This document shows positions 62,208 through 64,000 of a DNA stretch of 64,000 nucleotides, piece by piece. Position 1 is the stretch's first letter. Each line of letters begins with the position of its first letter. The notes beneath the pieces were generated by a model. That model made no database searches, was not told the DNA's origin, and saw only the letters and a program-made list of their open reading frames with translations. This stretch comes from Candidatus Poribacteria bacterium. Its GTDB lineage: Bacteria > Poribacteria > WGA-4E > JAJDTR01. The stretch covers positions 576,001 to 640,000 of the forward strand of contig CBDCTK010000002.1 in NCBI GenBank assembly GCA_965222225.1, in the 5' to 3' direction. The position numbers and the translations under genes are program-made.

Positions 62208-62941
62208 GAGGTGAACGTAAACTTTTCGAAAGGATTTGGGATAAAAAGATGGATTTGAAAGATAATTTACTACGAAGAATAGATAAGCTACTTGAGACCA
62301 AAAATCGGAAACCGCTAGAATCGGAAGTTGCTGAAATTGACGTTGCCATCACACATCTGTACGGAATGCTCTACGGTAAGCAATCAGCACAACTTGAACT
62401 TGTGTTAACGTTGCGGAAACAGGCTTATAGCACCGAGCGGGATGAACGACGCCATAGCTATGACAACGATCGATACTCAAAGTTACTACACTTCAGACAA
62501 GGACTCCGCGGCTGTCTCGAAGGATTAAAAGCGGACATCGATGAAGGTCGCATCGTAAATATCCATGCAGTGGCTCAAGGAGAGGTGTTTGGTGACTTCA
62601 TTGCATTGGCTCAAAGAGCACTTAACGAAGAACAGAGGGAAATCGCTGCGGTGTTAGCCTTTGCAGCCCTAGAGAATGCTCTTAAGCAATGTGCAACTAA
62701 TAATTACAAGCTTACCGTTGAGGAGGCGAATATGGACACCGTAATTAAAGCCCTTAAGTCTAAGGGTGCAATTTCTGGACGACAAGGAGAATTATTGGAC
62801 AAGTATAGAAATCTGCGCAATGACACATTTCACGCACGATGGAATAAAATCGATAGTCCAGAAATCAATGCCGTTCTCGGATTCACTGAGGAATTCCTGA
62901 AAAAGCACTTTTCTCGCGATAAAATTAAATTGTTAAAATAA
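62204..62941 (+). CDS. HEPN/DUF4145-like domain protein
   Basis: AAVLA.AALE..LK...LRNDTFH (RxxxxH) C-terminal module. Start position uncertain. Confidence 0.6.
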   Translation: MRGERKLFERIWDKKMDLKDNLLRRIDKLLETKNRKPLESEVAEIDVAITHLYGMLYGKQSAQLELVLTLRKQAYSTERDERRHSYDNDRYSKLLHFRQGLRGCLEGLKADIDEGRIVNIHAVAQGEVFGDFIALAQRALNEEQREIAAVLAFAALENALKQCATNNYKLTVEEANMDTVIKALKSKGAISGRQGELLDKYRNLRNDTFHARWNKIDSPEINAVLGFTEEFLKKHFSRDKIKLLK

Positions 62942-63060
62942 ACTCATTTGAGAGCATTCTAAGCTATAGTTCCCTCTTTTCGGGGTCCCTCTGCTATACC
63001 TAAGCGCAAAGAATCGCTTGTGGGCGTCTGTGGTTCGTTTTTGGGCGTACTGTGGCAGGG

Positions 63061-63649
63061 CTATTCGACTGTTTCGCAGAAACCATCCAGCCTTTCCTTG
63101 ATTTCAGCGTCGAATTTCCCTCTTGCACCAAAGTGGTGCATCTCTAGCACTTTCACTTTGTCGGGTACGATTAACTTGCCAAAAACATTTCTTAGCATAT
63201 TCGCCGTGTGCTATGACACCCTTGAGTGTGCGAATTTCGGCTATAAGTAATTGCACCACGGCAGAGTTATCAATGCGCGGTCTGATGTCGGTCGCATTGC
63301 TAAAAGCGTTTGTCTCAATACACCTAAATCCCTTTGCTTTGATGTAGTCAAAATACTTTCGGGTTTTACTTGATTTACCCGCTCGTACTTCGTTATATCT
63401 TGCCTCAAAGACTTCATAATCAAAGCCATTTTCATCATCCCAGAAATCCCACCAATCATTTCCAAGAGGCGTTTTCGGCTCTTTACCAATTATCACAATA
63501 TCACAGTCTTTAGGGTTACGAAACCCATCACATACAAAGGGTCGGGAATCCATGCAGCCCGAAGGAATAACTTCCCTAAGTTTCGGTGTCCAGAAAGGCG
63601 GGTTTGTTGGCTCAGCCGTAAATTTGAAGGGCGGGGATGTGATGTCCAT
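63061..63649 (-). pseudogene. Uracil-DNA-glycosylase-fold-like protein, probably +1 frameshifted near 63183
   Basis: IVIIGKEP, CIETNAF and VIAHG motifs. Deleting one T from the T5 run gives ...CFGKLIVPDKVKVLEMHHFGARGKF...TVE*, with a UDG-like C-terminal His motif. Confidence 0.45.
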
Positions 63650-63650
63650 T

Positions 63651-63696
63651 AAGAATACACCTTCCCTAATAAAAAGAATACACCTTCCCTAATAAA
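63651..63696. repeat. Perfect 23-bp tandem duplication including the RBS
   Basis: AAGAATACACCTTCCCTAATAAA x2, directly upstream of the ATG at 63649. Confidence 0.9.
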
Positions 63697-63781
63697 TCAA
63701 GCACTTTAACGTCCCTGCTAGTATAGTGCATCTGAAAGTGAACGTCAAACCAAAAAGACTGTTAGTGGGCTTGTCAATCGC

Positions 63782-64000
63782 CTAGTATGATTCCAACACT
63801 TCCTTAACCGCTTTCCTCAGCAATGTAAAGTGTTTTTGTATTGTGAAATGTGTCAAATGTTTCAATAACGGGTGGCTTGAGTAATAAACCCCTTCCATTG
63901 CAACTTCGTAGATTGCTTTGCAAATTTCATCTAGTTCCGACACCCTCGCCTCAACCAATTCCATCAACTCTTTTTCGATTACGATTTCATCTGGAGATTT
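63782..64000 (-). CDS. 3' end of a hypothetical protein entering from outside the window
   Basis: Frame is open from the window edge to the TAG at 63782. Confidence 0.5.
   Translation of the reverse strand, partial: KSPDEIVIEKELMELVEARVSELDEICKAIYEVAMEGVYYSSHPLLKHLTHFTIQKHFTLLRKAVKEVLESY

Noticed and set aside
1-64000. CRISPR arrays, tRNA or rRNA genes
   Set aside because: No regularly spaced repeat-spacer array or recognisable tRNA/rRNA motif was seen by eye.

Overview
Bacterial chromosomal window, probably Candidatus Poribacteria-like (inferred from a C-terminal 'LLQNYPNPxNPETWIPYQL...YWDGRN..GVYFY' secretion domain and GTAG-type REPs). Left part: a phosphate-acquisition island (PhoB-like regulator, pstSCAB-phoU, MIP channel, TonB, lipoproteins, TonB-dependent receptor, PhoX, large secreted phosphatase/phytase-like protein). 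Three promoters there share a Pho-box-like architecture (4 x 11-bp repeats, TGTAACA-N9-TATAYT). Middle: DnaA paralog, leuCD, an IS-disrupted GH13, a decayed ECF sigma factor, a hisI-trpE-trpG operon, and sucC-serpin-pgk-proS-sucD. Right: a defence locus (type IIG/ISP-like R-M with a nonsense codon plus a 1556-aa SMEK-STAND NTPase), a form-II coxSLM-coxG operon, and thermonuclease, HEPN-like and UDG-like genes. Mobile DNA: two IS1595-family copies with their own 8-bp TSDs, one IS982-like element, MITEs and REPs. Many accessory genes carry nonsense or frameshift lesions, while housekeeping genes are intact. Headline finding: an unannotated leader peptide with interleaved His and Trp control codons (HHWHWWW) and a complete 1:2 / 2:3 / 3:4 attenuator ahead of the mixed hisI-trpE-trpG operon, i.e. 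a candidate dual His/Trp attenuator. All calls were made by eye, with no database searches.
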